DNA of 63,568 bases, filler included, from Vannella sp. (lineage: Eukaryota): the NCBI GenBank assembly GCA_023345925.1. It is 6 parts of 6 records of this genome, joined end to end, with 100 filler letters (N's around TTAATTAATTAA, not from the genome) between each part and the next. Parts side by side here need not be neighbours in the genome. Positions count along the whole stretch, not along the records: positions 7,501 to 27,611 come from JAJQQN010000603.1; 5 more parts are not named here. The stretch is one strand, 5' to 3'. Both the position numbers and the translations under genes were made by a program. Shown piece after piece: positions 13,387 through 23,609 of the stretch (the stretch's first letter is position 1; the number at the start of each line of letters is the position of its first letter). The notes below the pieces were generated by a model. It searched no databases. It saw only the letters and a list, made by a program, of their open reading frames with translations, and was not told where the DNA came from.

Positions 13387-15924
13387 ATGAGGGGTTTGGG
13401 GGTTGGTTGGAGGGGTTTGGAACCTTTCAGAGGAGCTGGGAGCGGGAAGAGTGGAAGAAGAATGGTGTTTGGTGCAGCTAGGGAGGAGGAGGATGTTGTG
13501 GGGCTGTTTCAGACTCTCCGGAATGATCTCCAGCTGTCTGGTGATGGGCCCGAGGAGTGGAGGAGTGTGAAGAGGGCAGCTGTGGCGCAATATCCTTCTG
13601 GAAGGCACCTCTTACAACTCTATAATGGATCTTTACTTCTTGCACTCTCCAGTGCTGCTCCACATCACTTCTGGTACGGAACAATCCGTGCAGAGAGGGG
13701 GCATTGGGACCAGTTGGACCACCAAAGGCAGTTCATGGAGGTACAGATATCTTCTCCCATCTTCTAGCTCTATACTGATCTCTCTGAGTAGTCATTCGCA
13801 CGCCATCAAGGCATTCTAACCGAGAACGACTGGACGAAAGTTCAATACCGTGATATATGCGCTTGTGGCGGCAAGAAACTGCTCCAACGCCACAACAGTT
13901 TGATAGAGGCTCTTCAAGTGATCTATCCAGACAAGAAATGGGACTCTCTTGAGTCTCATTTCCGCCCCAAAGGATATTGGGAAGATCTCAATCACCAAAA
14001 GAGGGCTCTGGAGGTCATTGGGAGGGCTTTAGGAGTGACAAATATTACAGATTGGAAGCTTATAACGGCCAATCAAGTGAGGAGCCAGCCGATGGGGAGC
14101 TATCTGCTTCATTTGAACGGAGGAATCTTCTCAATGCTCCAGAATCTTTTCCCTGAGGTCTCTTGGGATGTACACCAGGACCGTAAACGAGTCCCACGAA
14201 ACTATTGGAAGGACACCAGGCATCATCGATTGTTCATGGAGTCTTTGAGGAAGAAACTGGGTCTCGTCTCAATAGAGGAGTGGCATAATGTCAATTGGGC
14301 GACTCTGAAGAGACACAAAGCTCAACAGCTTCTATCTTGCTACCCTACTTATCTCAGCCTTTTGCAAACTGTCTATCCTGAGCAAGTATGGGACGTTCAT
14401 CGGCTTCCGCAGGTCCCAAAAAGCTTTTGGAAGAGCCCCGAGAATCATCGGTCCTTCCTGGATGCTGTCGGCCCCCGTTTGGGAGTAGAGACTTTAGATG
14501 ATTGGAATCAAGTCACTCATCGAGAGTTGGCAGCAGAAGGAGGCACTTCCGCCCTTAACTTTTACGGTAGTATGATGAACATGCTTCAGACAGTTTATCC
14601 TGAACACCCTTGGTGTATTCATGATCGAAAGAACCTCCCTCGTGGGTATTGGCACGACAAAGCGAATCACAGGACCTTCTTAGACCAACTTCGAATCAAA
14701 TTGGGCATCGAAGACCCTTCGATGTGGCGCCAAGTCAGTGTAGCAGACGTCTATAGGAATGGGGGCTCCTCTTTACTTGCCCTTTACCCGTCATTCTTCG
14801 ATGCGTTAGCTGAGAACTATCCAGAAGATGACTGGTCTGTGCTTCAAGTCCGGCGTTGCGTGCCACACAAACACTTCAAATCACTTGCGAACTGCACGCG
14901 GTTCCTTACAGATCTTCAGCGCCAGGAAGGGCTGACCAGCATCGAAGATTTGATTCGTTTTCCTCTCTGGCGTGTCAGGCAAAGCGGGGGAAGCGCTTTG
15001 TTGAGTCAGTATGGCCATGATTGGTTGGAAGTTCTTCGCGATTCCTTCCCAGAGATAGTCTGGAATGAAAAGGATCTTCATTCAACTGGGCAGCCAGAAT
15101 GGGATGACTTGGCGTTCCAAAAACAGTTCCTGGATGACACTGGCGAGCAGCTTGGAGTACGAAAATGGACCGATTGGTCTCTCATACGGTACAATCAAAT
15201 TGTCCAGCTGGGGGGACAAGGGCTGCTCTCTCGCTATCCCTCCTTCTTGGCTGCTTTGGAGACAATTTATCCCGAACATCCGTGGGGGATCTCTTCTCGC
15301 CCATTCGCACCAAGAAACTACTGGTCTATGCACGAAAACGTGATGGCATTCGTAGAAGAAGCCAAAGCACGTTTCAAGATTCAAGAAAAGGCGGACTGGT
15401 ATCGAGTCTCACTGAAACAGCTTTCAGAGATTCGCGGGGGAGCTGCTCTTGTTCGAAAGTATCGCACTCTCTATCAACTCATTTGTTTTATCTACCCAGA
15501 TGAAGAATGGGACGCTCACGAGTTCTCGAAAAGAGACAAACGGGCAGCGCAGCGTTGGTTATTCCTGCAACTGAAAGAGCTTTATCCAGGCGAAGAGATC
15601 ATTGAAGACTTCTTTCACGGTGTACTCAGCTCCCAAGCAAGCTTTCCTATTCAATTGGACATCTATCTACCCTCCCGGCCACTCGCTTTCGAGTACAATG
15701 GAGCACATCATTACAAAGACCTTCCTGCGTTTGGCCATCTTGATATGCAGCAGACCCGAGATCGAGAGAAGCTTGCTCTATGTCAAGAACATCAATTACC
15801 CCTTGTAGTCATCCCACATTGGTGGGATGGCCAACTTTCGAGTCTCACAGAAGCCATTCTCGCACAAACAGGCACAGAACCTCCTCAGCCAGCCCACCAA
15901 GCAATCCAAAATGAAAAGGAATGA
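13387..15924 (+). CDS. Tandem ~74-aa repeat protein (9 units) with C-terminal PD-(D/E)XK Vsr/DUF559/RAP-like nuclease domain; ~828 aa, intron 13741-13791
   Basis: Exon 1 (13387-13740) splices in frame via GTACAG..TAG to 13792-15924. Repeat consensus F(L/M)D.L...LG.....DW..V....+...GG..LL..Y.S....L...YPE..W.......P+.YW....NHR.F; C-terminal QLDIYLPSRPLAFEYNGAHHY...RDREK..C......LVVIPHWWD. Confidence 0.85.
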
Positions 15925-15946
15925 ACCTGCGTTGCTGTAGAGCGTT

Positions 15947-17236
15947 CTATTCGTCTCCTTTGGACTTTTTCAATTCTGGCTGATCTCGCGGCTCTTCCGG
16001 CTCCACTTCGGACCGTCGTCGCTTGCGGGACCCAGAAGTACCTGACCCGAACACACCCATGTCTCTCACAGGTATGTTCGCTAAGGCTTCGGCCGCCAAG
16101 ATAGGTTCAGGTTGAGTATTGAACAGTTCAGCAAGAGCTGCTTTCACTTCGACTGCCTCCGCCAGATCAGCGCCGCTCAACTGCTGCTGTATCTCAACGG
16201 CCTTAACGTCCAGATCGTTTAAAGTGGCTTTGAGCTGCGCCTGTAAGCCAGCTGAGACTTGGTCGCCGGCCAGAATCTTTGTGATGATCAAGCGGGCCCT
16301 TTCCAGTTGTGCCAGAGCTTCGTTGGGCTTCCCGTTAAGGTGGTACGCTACTCCCAGGTAGAAGTTAGTCTCGGCAAGGGCGCGGTCGGTCGAAGGAAGG
16401 AGATCTTCTCGAATCGCCAAGCACCCTTCCAAGTCGACGACAGCGGAAGGGACGTTATCTGTCTCCAATCCTAATTGTCCCAGCGTGCAGAGGGTTTCGG
16501 CGTAGAGGAAAGCTACATTCGGGCGCAACGCGTCTTCGCGTTCCATGCTTTCCAATGTTTTGGAAAAGATAACGCGCGCTACATCCAACCATTCCCATGC
16601 CAACTCGAAGGTCTCTGATGAGTCCATTTCAGGCTGATTGCCTTCGCCATCAGCATCATCGCCGTCCTCTTGTTTCTCTTCTTCCTCCTCTTTGCCTTCG
16701 TCTCCTTCCATGGCTTTCTCGTTGCCCTCATCCTCGTCATTGCCTTCTCCCTCGATTGGTTCCTCGGCATCTCCTCCTTCCTCGCTGGCCTTCTCGTTGC
16801 CTTTTTCTTCAACAGTGGCGTGGTCGTTGGGTGCGTTTTCGATTGTTTCGTTCACTTCGTCTTTGCCCTGATCCACTACAGAAGTGACCTTGGTCTCAAT
16901 AGACTGGAAAGGTGTCGTCAGGATGGAAGAAACGGTCTGGGAGAACGAAGGGGGATTCGCTTGGTCTCCCTCTGGATCTTCGGATTGTCCGTCTCTGATG
17001 GAGAAGAGGAGCTGATCAGCTTCATCACGTGCTGTTTCCATGAGAGCCTTTCCATACCAGAGATAGGCCTCTCCACAGGCAAAGCCAAGGTCTCCAAACT
17101 GAGACACTCTGAGTTGCACAGCCTCTTCGAAGGCATTCGTCGCTTCCTGGATCTCCCCTTGAGCAAACAGCTCTCTCCCTTTGGCCAACAGATCAGCACC
17201 GATCAAGTCAGGCACTTGCGCACTGACGGGGTCCAT
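15947..17236 (-). CDS. NASP: NASP/Sim3/Hif1-type histone chaperone (SHNi-TPR)
   Basis: GEAYLWYGKALME, a long acidic insertion, FELAWEWLDVARVIF, DRALAETNFYLGVA, basic C-terminal NLS. Confidence 0.85.
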   Translation of the reverse strand: MDPVSAQVPDLIGADLLAKGRELFAQGEIQEATNAFEEAVQLRVSQFGDLGFACGEAYLWYGKALMETARDEADQLLFSIRDGQSEDPEGDQANPPSFSQTVSSILTTPFQSIETKVTSVVDQGKDEVNETIENAPNDHATVEEKGNEKASEEGGDAEEPIEGEGNDEDEGNEKAMEGDEGKEEEEEKQEDGDDADGEGNQPEMDSSETFELAWEWLDVARVIFSKTLESMEREDALRPNVAFLYAETLCTLGQLGLETDNVPSAVVDLEGCLAIREDLLPSTDRALAETNFYLGVAYHLNGKPNEALAQLERARLIITKILAGDQVSAGLQAQLKATLNDLDVKAVEIQQQLSGADLAEAVEVKAALAELFNTQPEPILAAEALANIPVRDMGVFGSGTSGSRKRRRSEVEPEEPRDQPELKKSKGDE

Positions 17237-17737
17237 GAATCAACCGAAATGACTTGCAACGGCAAAGGATCTCTGTTTGTCCCCGTTTCCCGCCAAAAAT
17301 CATCAAACTGGTTTGACCTATCAATCGACTGTAACTGAGTAACACTGCATTCTAGAGAAAGAGTAGATGCGGCTCAAGACTGAAAGCTGAAAGGTGGTCT
17401 GAAGGGAAGAAGGAGATATCTGGGAGTCACTTGAGCTGCTACTAAAGCTCCTCTCTTGGTGACAACGAGACGACTGAAGCCTGAGAGAGTGACCTGGAAG
17501 GTCTGCAGCCGATCCAGGTGGACTGGGATGAAACACTCCCTCGTTCTGGATGAGGACATCCTCATTCATTGGACCTCAGTAAACAGAAGAGTGCGCAGCT
17601 TCCTTTGATGCACTCCCGTATTATCTTCAGAGCCCCTTATCTACTCTTGTAAAGGGGATTAGCTACTCTACTGGAGAAAGGAAGGAAGGACGCTCCCAAA
17701 CAAACGAGGGAAAGCGCCGTTTTCATTGCACCCTTAT

Positions 17738-19012
17738 TTAGTCTCCTCGCCTCTCTTGAAGGTGCTTATGATAAGGAGGGTTAATGGGAGGTTGGACAGG
17801 TGCCAGAGCCTGATAGTCAGGAACATCCCCACCCAGCTGTCTTTGTCAGGAATTGACATTTTGGCGTTCCCAATGTGACTTACGTTGAGAGGATAGTTTT
17901 GGTCTGCATCATAACCACTCAGATCACCACATGCTACAAAAGGAACAATGAACTTGTTGGGTTCAAGCTTGCAGTTGGGGTCCCCTAATCCCACCTGTAA
18001 ACGGCATTCTGGCAAAGAACTAGACCTTCTCACCGTATTGGAGATCGAGGATTGGCGTCATCATACAGGGGATAAACGAATTTGGAGGGCAGAAGTCGCG
18101 GCAGACGACAAATGACTCTGACCACAGCTATGAGAAGGGAGCACAAGATTCCCAATTGGATTGTCGGTCCCTACCAATGCTCGAATTGCGGCTGCTCTTT
18201 GGCTTGGCCACTGTTACATCTGTAAAGAAGACCTTCAGCTGCTCGTAGAGCAGGGTCACGTCCTTTCCACGGAAGATCTTCGCGCAGAATGTGCCCCCTC
18301 TTCGGAGAACGTTCGTGGCCACATTCAGAGCCTATCCCAATCAGCAAAGAGAGAAGATACAAATGTGAGCTCACAGCAAGGATGAGCTGTGCTTGAACGT
18401 ATTCGTCCACGTCGTGGAGGCCAGTTACTGTTCAAGAATGTGAGTTTGGCGGTTCATTTGCAAGCGATCGGGTGATCTACCATCAGGAGCACCATCGGAG
18501 AGGACGATGTCAGCCAGTTGACCATCAAAGTGAGAGATAATGGCCTCCACTGTCGATCTTTTGGTGATGTCTCCCTTCAGCTGAACAACTCCAGGCAAAG
18601 GGGCCATATCTTGGAGGTCTACAGCTACGATCTTCACTTGTTCTTCGATGGAAGAAGTTCTAGAACCATCAGCACGCTGCAAACGGTTACAAGGACCGAG
18701 AGGGGCTCACGCACTCCGCGTTTTCGTAAAGCTCTCGGCTTAGTACCTGACTCCAGCTCCCAGGCGCAGCACAGAGATCAACCGCTCGCTTAACACCTTC
18801 AAACAGCAAGGTGAGCCCGCGAAACAAGCCACTTGTCCCGTACCATCAAGAATCCCGTACTGCTCATGTATTTGAAGGAGTTTGAAGGCTGATCTAGCCC
18901 TCCACCCTTCTTCCTTAGCCTTACGATAGTAGATATCCTATCCCCCGAGTCAATCCACCTCCTTGAGCATCCAAACACTGCATACGCGCTTATCCTTCGA
19001 AGCACGCCCCAT
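17738..19012 (-). CDS. TRM7: tRNA (C32/G34) 2'-O-methyltransferase Trm7/FTSJ1, multi-exon
   Basis: [73 protein letters not shown]. Confidence 0.93.
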
Positions 19013-19082
19013 CAGAAGAAGGGCGGGAAAACTGGGTCATTATCGCGCATTTATCTCCTCATTACGTTTTGACGGTTTGGGA

Positions 19083-20087
19083 ATGGAAGACGAAAGCGAG
19101 CTGGTGTTGGAGCAAGTGGGAGAGAAGCGCAGTCTCCCTCTTGATATGGGGGAAGAGCCAAGTCGCAAGAGGAAGAAGGGAGAGATCTCGTTCTCGTTCT
19201 TTCCTGCGTTTGACCCGGAGACGAGTTATGTTGCTGGTATTGATGAAGCTGGGCGTGGACCTGTGTTGGGGCATATGGTGTACGCCATAGCCTTCTATCC
19301 TCTTGATGATCAAGACCGAAAGCTTCGTGCTATTGGCTTCAACGACTCCAAGCAGCTGACTGAAGTACAGCGAGACACTCTCTTCGAGAAGATCCACCAG
19401 AAGGAAGTTGGCTTCGTCGCTGACCCGCTCTCTGCTGAAGGACTCTCTTCGGACATGCTTCGCATCAACCGTAGAAACCTCAATCAGATCTCATTTGACA
19501 GTGCCATGGGACTGGTGAGTCAAGTGCTGAGAGCTGGAGTGAAGATTCGCTCGCTCTTCGTGGACACGGTCGGGAAACCCGAAAAGTATGAAGAGATGCT
19601 TCGCCGGGAGTTCCCGGGGATCCCTAGTATCAAAGTATCGAAGAAAGCGGACAGCATCTATCCCATTGTAGGGGCAGCGAGCATCTGTGCGAAGGTCATC
19701 CGCGACAGACTCCTCAAAGAATGTCACTTTGCAGCGGGTTCTGACATCTCTCGGGTGTTTGGAAGTGGCTATCCTGGAGACCAAGTCACAAAGGATTGGA
19801 TGGCTAAGAACAAGCAGCACGTATTCGGGTATCCTTCCCTTGTCCGATACTCTTGGTCGACCACCGTCAACTCTCTTGCAGATTGTGCCCCCGTTCACTG
19901 GTCTTACGAAGACCTCCAAGCCTATGAAGAAAGCAACAACCGAACTCGAACTCCTATCGATCAACAAAGTGCCTTACAAGCATCAAACAACCGAGCCAAA
20001 GCCTTCAAACTCCAAACCACTCTCCTCCAGAAACGCACTCGCTTTTTCTCTTCCTGTGGAGCTCAGCGCGTCACGAGTGGCTTATAA
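19083..20087 (+). CDS. RNASEH2A: Ribonuclease H2 catalytic subunit A
   Basis: GIDEAGRGPVLG, DSKQL, FVDTVG, KADS..PIVGAASICAKV.RD, GSGYPGD, VRYSW. Confidence 0.95.
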   Translation: MEDESELVLEQVGEKRSLPLDMGEEPSRKRKKGEISFSFFPAFDPETSYVAGIDEAGRGPVLGHMVYAIAFYPLDDQDRKLRAIGFNDSKQLTEVQRDTLFEKIHQKEVGFVADPLSAEGLSSDMLRINRRNLNQISFDSAMGLVSQVLRAGVKIRSLFVDTVGKPEKYEEMLRREFPGIPSIKVSKKADSIYPIVGAASICAKVIRDRLLKECHFAAGSDISRVFGSGYPGDQVTKDWMAKNKQHVFGYPSLVRYSWSTTVNSLADCAPVHWSYEDLQAYEESNNRTRTPIDQQSALQASNNRAKAFKLQTTLLQKRTRFFSSCGAQRVTSGL

Positions 20088-20136
20088 TATAAATTAAATT
20101 CATATTTTAGACGGGCCATTTGCTGGGGGTCGGTTG

Positions 20137-20925
20137 ATGGAGTTGGTGAAGCATAAGATCCTTGTTTTGTCAGGGAAGGGTGGCGTAGGGAAGAGTACAG
20201 TGTCAGCACAACTGGCTCGTGAGTTTGTACGTCAAGGGAAGCGGGTGGGCCTGCTGGATATTGATCTGTGCGGTCCATCTATCCCTCGGATCCTTGGGGT
20301 GGAGAACGAGAAGATCCACCAGAGCTCAGAAGGGTGGATACCTATCTTTGTAGACCCTGAACAACGCCTTTGTGTCATGTCCATTGGATTCCTCCTCCAG
20401 GACAAGAGCACAGCAGTCGTCTGGAGAGGACCAAAGAAAACAGCCACAATCAAACAGTTCCTCGAAGATGTGCACTGGAGCAACTTGGATTACCTCATCA
20501 TTGACACCCCTCCGGGTACATCTGATGAACACATCTCCATCTGCGAGTACTTGATGCACTTTGCCCCCGATGGAGCCGTCATAGTGACCACTCCGCAGGG
20601 AGTCTCCCTCTCTGACGTACGAAAGGAGATCTCCTTCTGTCAGAAGCTCAAGATACCTCTCTTAGGACTCGTAGAGAACATGAGTGGCTTCATCTGCCCT
20701 CATTGTACAGAATGCACCAACATCTTCTCCACAGGCGGTGGGGAAGCCCTGGCCACCCACACCGGCATCCCCTTCATTGGTCGCATCCCCATTGACCCTA
20801 CCATCGGGCAACGAATGGAGGATGGCCAAACCTTCACCACAACAACCCCTTCACCTGCCCTCGCTCCTCTTGGCGTGTTTGTCGCTGGTCACGTGACCAA
20901 AAACGACCAGAAAGTACCAACCTAA
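20137..20925 (+). CDS. NUBP2: Cytosolic Fe-S assembly P-loop NTPase Cfd1/NUBP2
   Basis: [48 protein letters not shown]; no N-terminal Cys cluster, so Cfd1-type. Confidence 0.92.
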   Translation: MELVKHKILVLSGKGGVGKSTVSAQLAREFVRQGKRVGLLDIDLCGPSIPRILGVENEKIHQSSEGWIPIFVDPEQRLCVMSIGFLLQDKSTAVVWRGPKKTATIKQFLEDVHWSNLDYLIIDTPPGTSDEHISICEYLMHFAPDGAVIVTTPQGVSLSDVRKEISFCQKLKIPLLGLVENMSGFICPHCTECTNIFSTGGGEALATHTGIPFIGRIPIDPTIGQRMEDGQTFTTTTPSPALAPLGVFVAGHVTKNDQKVPT

Positions 20926-21007
20926 AGGCTATTCATTGCTTGCATACAAATCCAGATCAAAAGTTAATCTCCATGCAAAAATCATTTCCGGCTTGGCGGT
21001 GAAGCGG

Positions 21008-22472
21008 ATGCCACGCGGGGTTGTTGGGAAGAAGCGTGCTCGAGTGGAAGCTTTGAGTTCTGATGAGGAAGAGTTTGGTCCACCGACTAAGAGAGCCAAG
21101 GCTACTCGGGAAGTAGCAAAGAGTCCCCGAAGGCCGCGTAAGGCTTCTGCAGAGGCAATGAAGCGGGTCACTACACCAAAGAAACCGACCACTAAGACCG
21201 CTGCGAAGAAGGCTACACCCAAGAAGTCTCCCGCTCGAGTCTCTACCCGAAAGGGTACGCCTAAAACTCCTCGAAAGGCCTCGCGATCAAGATCTCCTGA
21301 ACCCACACCGGTTAAGCCTCAACGGCGCCTACCTCCAGTCCTCGACAATGATGAGGTGTTTTGGAAGGAATGGAAGAAGATCTTCCTGATTGGTACAGAA
21401 TGGGAGAACTATGACGCTGTCTACGACATCGAATGGGACTTTGACCACTTGAATGAACACTTGGAGGAGGGATTCCTCGCTGAATCACCCAACATCAAGT
21501 ACATCTTTGGTACGACAGAGTGTAAGTAGTACCCCTCCTCGATGACTAGGGCGAGTCTGATACACTTTAGCATTCGAGATGGCACCTGATCCATCAAACC
21601 CTGACGAGAAGGAGGTTTATCTCTTCCCAGTCATCACCGTTGTGGATGCACTCGTTCCACCTCCTACCAAGTTGGGTATCACGTCCGTTCAACGTGGAGA
21701 GGAGCTGAAGGACATGTCTGATCTCAAGATGGAGTGGACCCCTTACTACCGACGAGGGACTGGGATCACCAAAAAGCCCAAAGCATTCTTCCTGACCTGC
21801 ACCCAACGTCGTCAGCAGGTTTACAGACTCCCTGAGGACCAAAGGAAGGAGTATGAGTACGCCATCCCTTACATCTGGTTCCCCAAGAACGATCTGAAGA
21901 AGGAGTTCGACACAGACGTTCACATCATCACTGAATTGAATGGACGTGGCCTCAACTTCTCCTTTGATTGGTCCTTCGACGAGCTCGACGAAATGGTGGA
22001 CGAAGTCCTCGAGGACGACGAGAAGGAGGCTTTCTCTGAAGAGCTGAAGAAGATCATCAAAGAGAAGGTTGTCGAACAGAAAGCCAAGATCGCTGCAGAG
22101 AAGCAGTCGATTAAGGATCGTGTGGCTGCCCTCAGTGAGAAGGAGAGGGAGTCTCTGGACAACTTGAAGTGCTTCAAGTACTATCCACAGAACGAACACT
22201 TCCCCATTGAGCGAACGACCTTCATCAACCGTTACTACGGACGTGCCGTCGAGGTGTTCCCTCCTCTCCAGGCTGCAGTGGACTACTCCACCCTCAAGCA
22301 AATCATCCCTGACGAGCTCATCCAAGGAGATGCGGTCCAGTCCGCTCCTGAGCCAGCCAAAGAGGATACCGCCTTGCCTGCAGAGGAGGAACCGTCAAAA
22401 GTGGAGACAGTCCACGAAGAAGGCGAAGACCATACTGTGACAGACAGTGCCACTGAGAAGATGGATGAGTAA
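21008..22472 (+). CDS. HEAT INTOLERANT 4 (HIT4)-like protein with H1-like basic N-tail; intron 21522-21570
   Basis: Matches recalled HIT4 motifs: GTEW..YD...WDF..L...LEEG, YIFGTTE, KLGITSVQR, CTQRR, FDWSFDELDE, KYYPQ, FINRYYG.A.EV. Confidence 0.8.
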
Positions 22473-22523
22473 TGCCTTCACAATAGACTTCCTTCCCCCA
22501 GCCGAGCCTATTTTTAGGGACCC

Positions 22524-23561
22524 ATGGACCTTGCAGAGGCACTGGCACATGAAGGCAGTGAGGAGGAAGTGGAGGAAGAGGAGGAAGAGGAGGAAGAGGA
22601 GCCTAGCATTAACAGCATGGACGATCTTATTAGACTTATGGTGCGGTACGCTCCTCCTCTGCCGACAGTAGATGAAGAGCTCTTTGATTGTAACTTCACC
22701 CGGCAAGAGCTGGTGAATCGGTATGGCCCCTTCTTCTTCTGTGAGAGGGAACTCGTGTACCTCTACAGGGGCTATCCTCTCCTTAAATCTCTCCGTGCAC
22801 TGGAGGACCCCAAGTTACTTGCTATTCAGCGCCAGATTGCGCTGCAGGGCGGCGAGCAGTTCTGTTCTACGTACGAGATCAACGCCAGTGTGATTGACAA
22901 AGTGTGTCAAAGTGGATGCTTCCCCTTGGGCCATGTCTCAGTAGGAGTGGAGAACCTTCTCATTAAGCTTCACCAGGAGCGATGCGTGATGAACCCCATC
23001 TCTGAGCGCCTCCATATCTCTCGATCTGTTCGAAAGATGGCCAAACGGTACATGCTCACGGTGAACTCAGCGTATGAAGAGTGCGTTCAGCAGATAGTGG
23101 AGTACCACAAGCACTCTTGGTTGCACCCACAGATCCGAGCCTCTTTTGCCGCTCTCCAGGAGGAGGGAAGCTCGTTCCGGACTAAGGTTCACTCGTTTGA
23201 GCTCTGGAACATCCAAAACCTTGATCCGGTACCAGATAGCGTAGAGGACCTCAAGAGTAGAGCTAAGATGGTTGCAGGAGAGATAGGCTACGCCTTAGGA
23301 GCTACCTATTCAAGCCTCTCTGGGTTCCACACGGAGAACCACTCCGGATCCGTCCAACTTGTCGCCACCGGCAAGCTCCTCCAACACATGGGCTTCACCG
23401 TCTGGGACTTTGGCATGAGCATGGAATACAAACTCCAGCTCGGAGCCACTCTCGTTCCCCGAGACGAATGGCTTCTCCTCTTCCACCAAACCAAGGATCT
23501 CTCCACTCATGGCCCCTTCCCTTCACAGCCCTTCCAAGTGCAACACCTTCTAAATCCTTAA
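22524..23561 (+). CDS. Leucyl/phenylalanyl-tRNA-protein transferase (Aat)-like aminoacyl transferase
   Basis: GCFP, LHISRSVRK, TVNSAYEECV..I...H..SWL, HSFELW, VAGEIGY.LG..YSSLSGF, SGSVQL, WDFG...YK..LGA..VPR. Confidence 0.85.
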   Translation: MDLAEALAHEGSEEEVEEEEEEEEEEPSINSMDDLIRLMVRYAPPLPTVDEELFDCNFTRQELVNRYGPFFFCERELVYLYRGYPLLKSLRALEDPKLLAIQRQIALQGGEQFCSTYEINASVIDKVCQSGCFPLGHVSVGVENLLIKLHQERCVMNPISERLHISRSVRKMAKRYMLTVNSAYEECVQQIVEYHKHSWLHPQIRASFAALQEEGSSFRTKVHSFELWNIQNLDPVPDSVEDLKSRAKMVAGEIGYALGATYSSLSGFHTENHSGSVQLVATGKLLQHMGFTVWDFGMSMEYKLQLGATLVPRDEWLLLFHQTKDLSTHGPFPSQPFQVQHLLNP

Positions 23562-23609
23562 TCTCCTCGTGGTTCCATCCCAGTGGGGCGGTTGGTCCTC
23601 CATTCCGTT

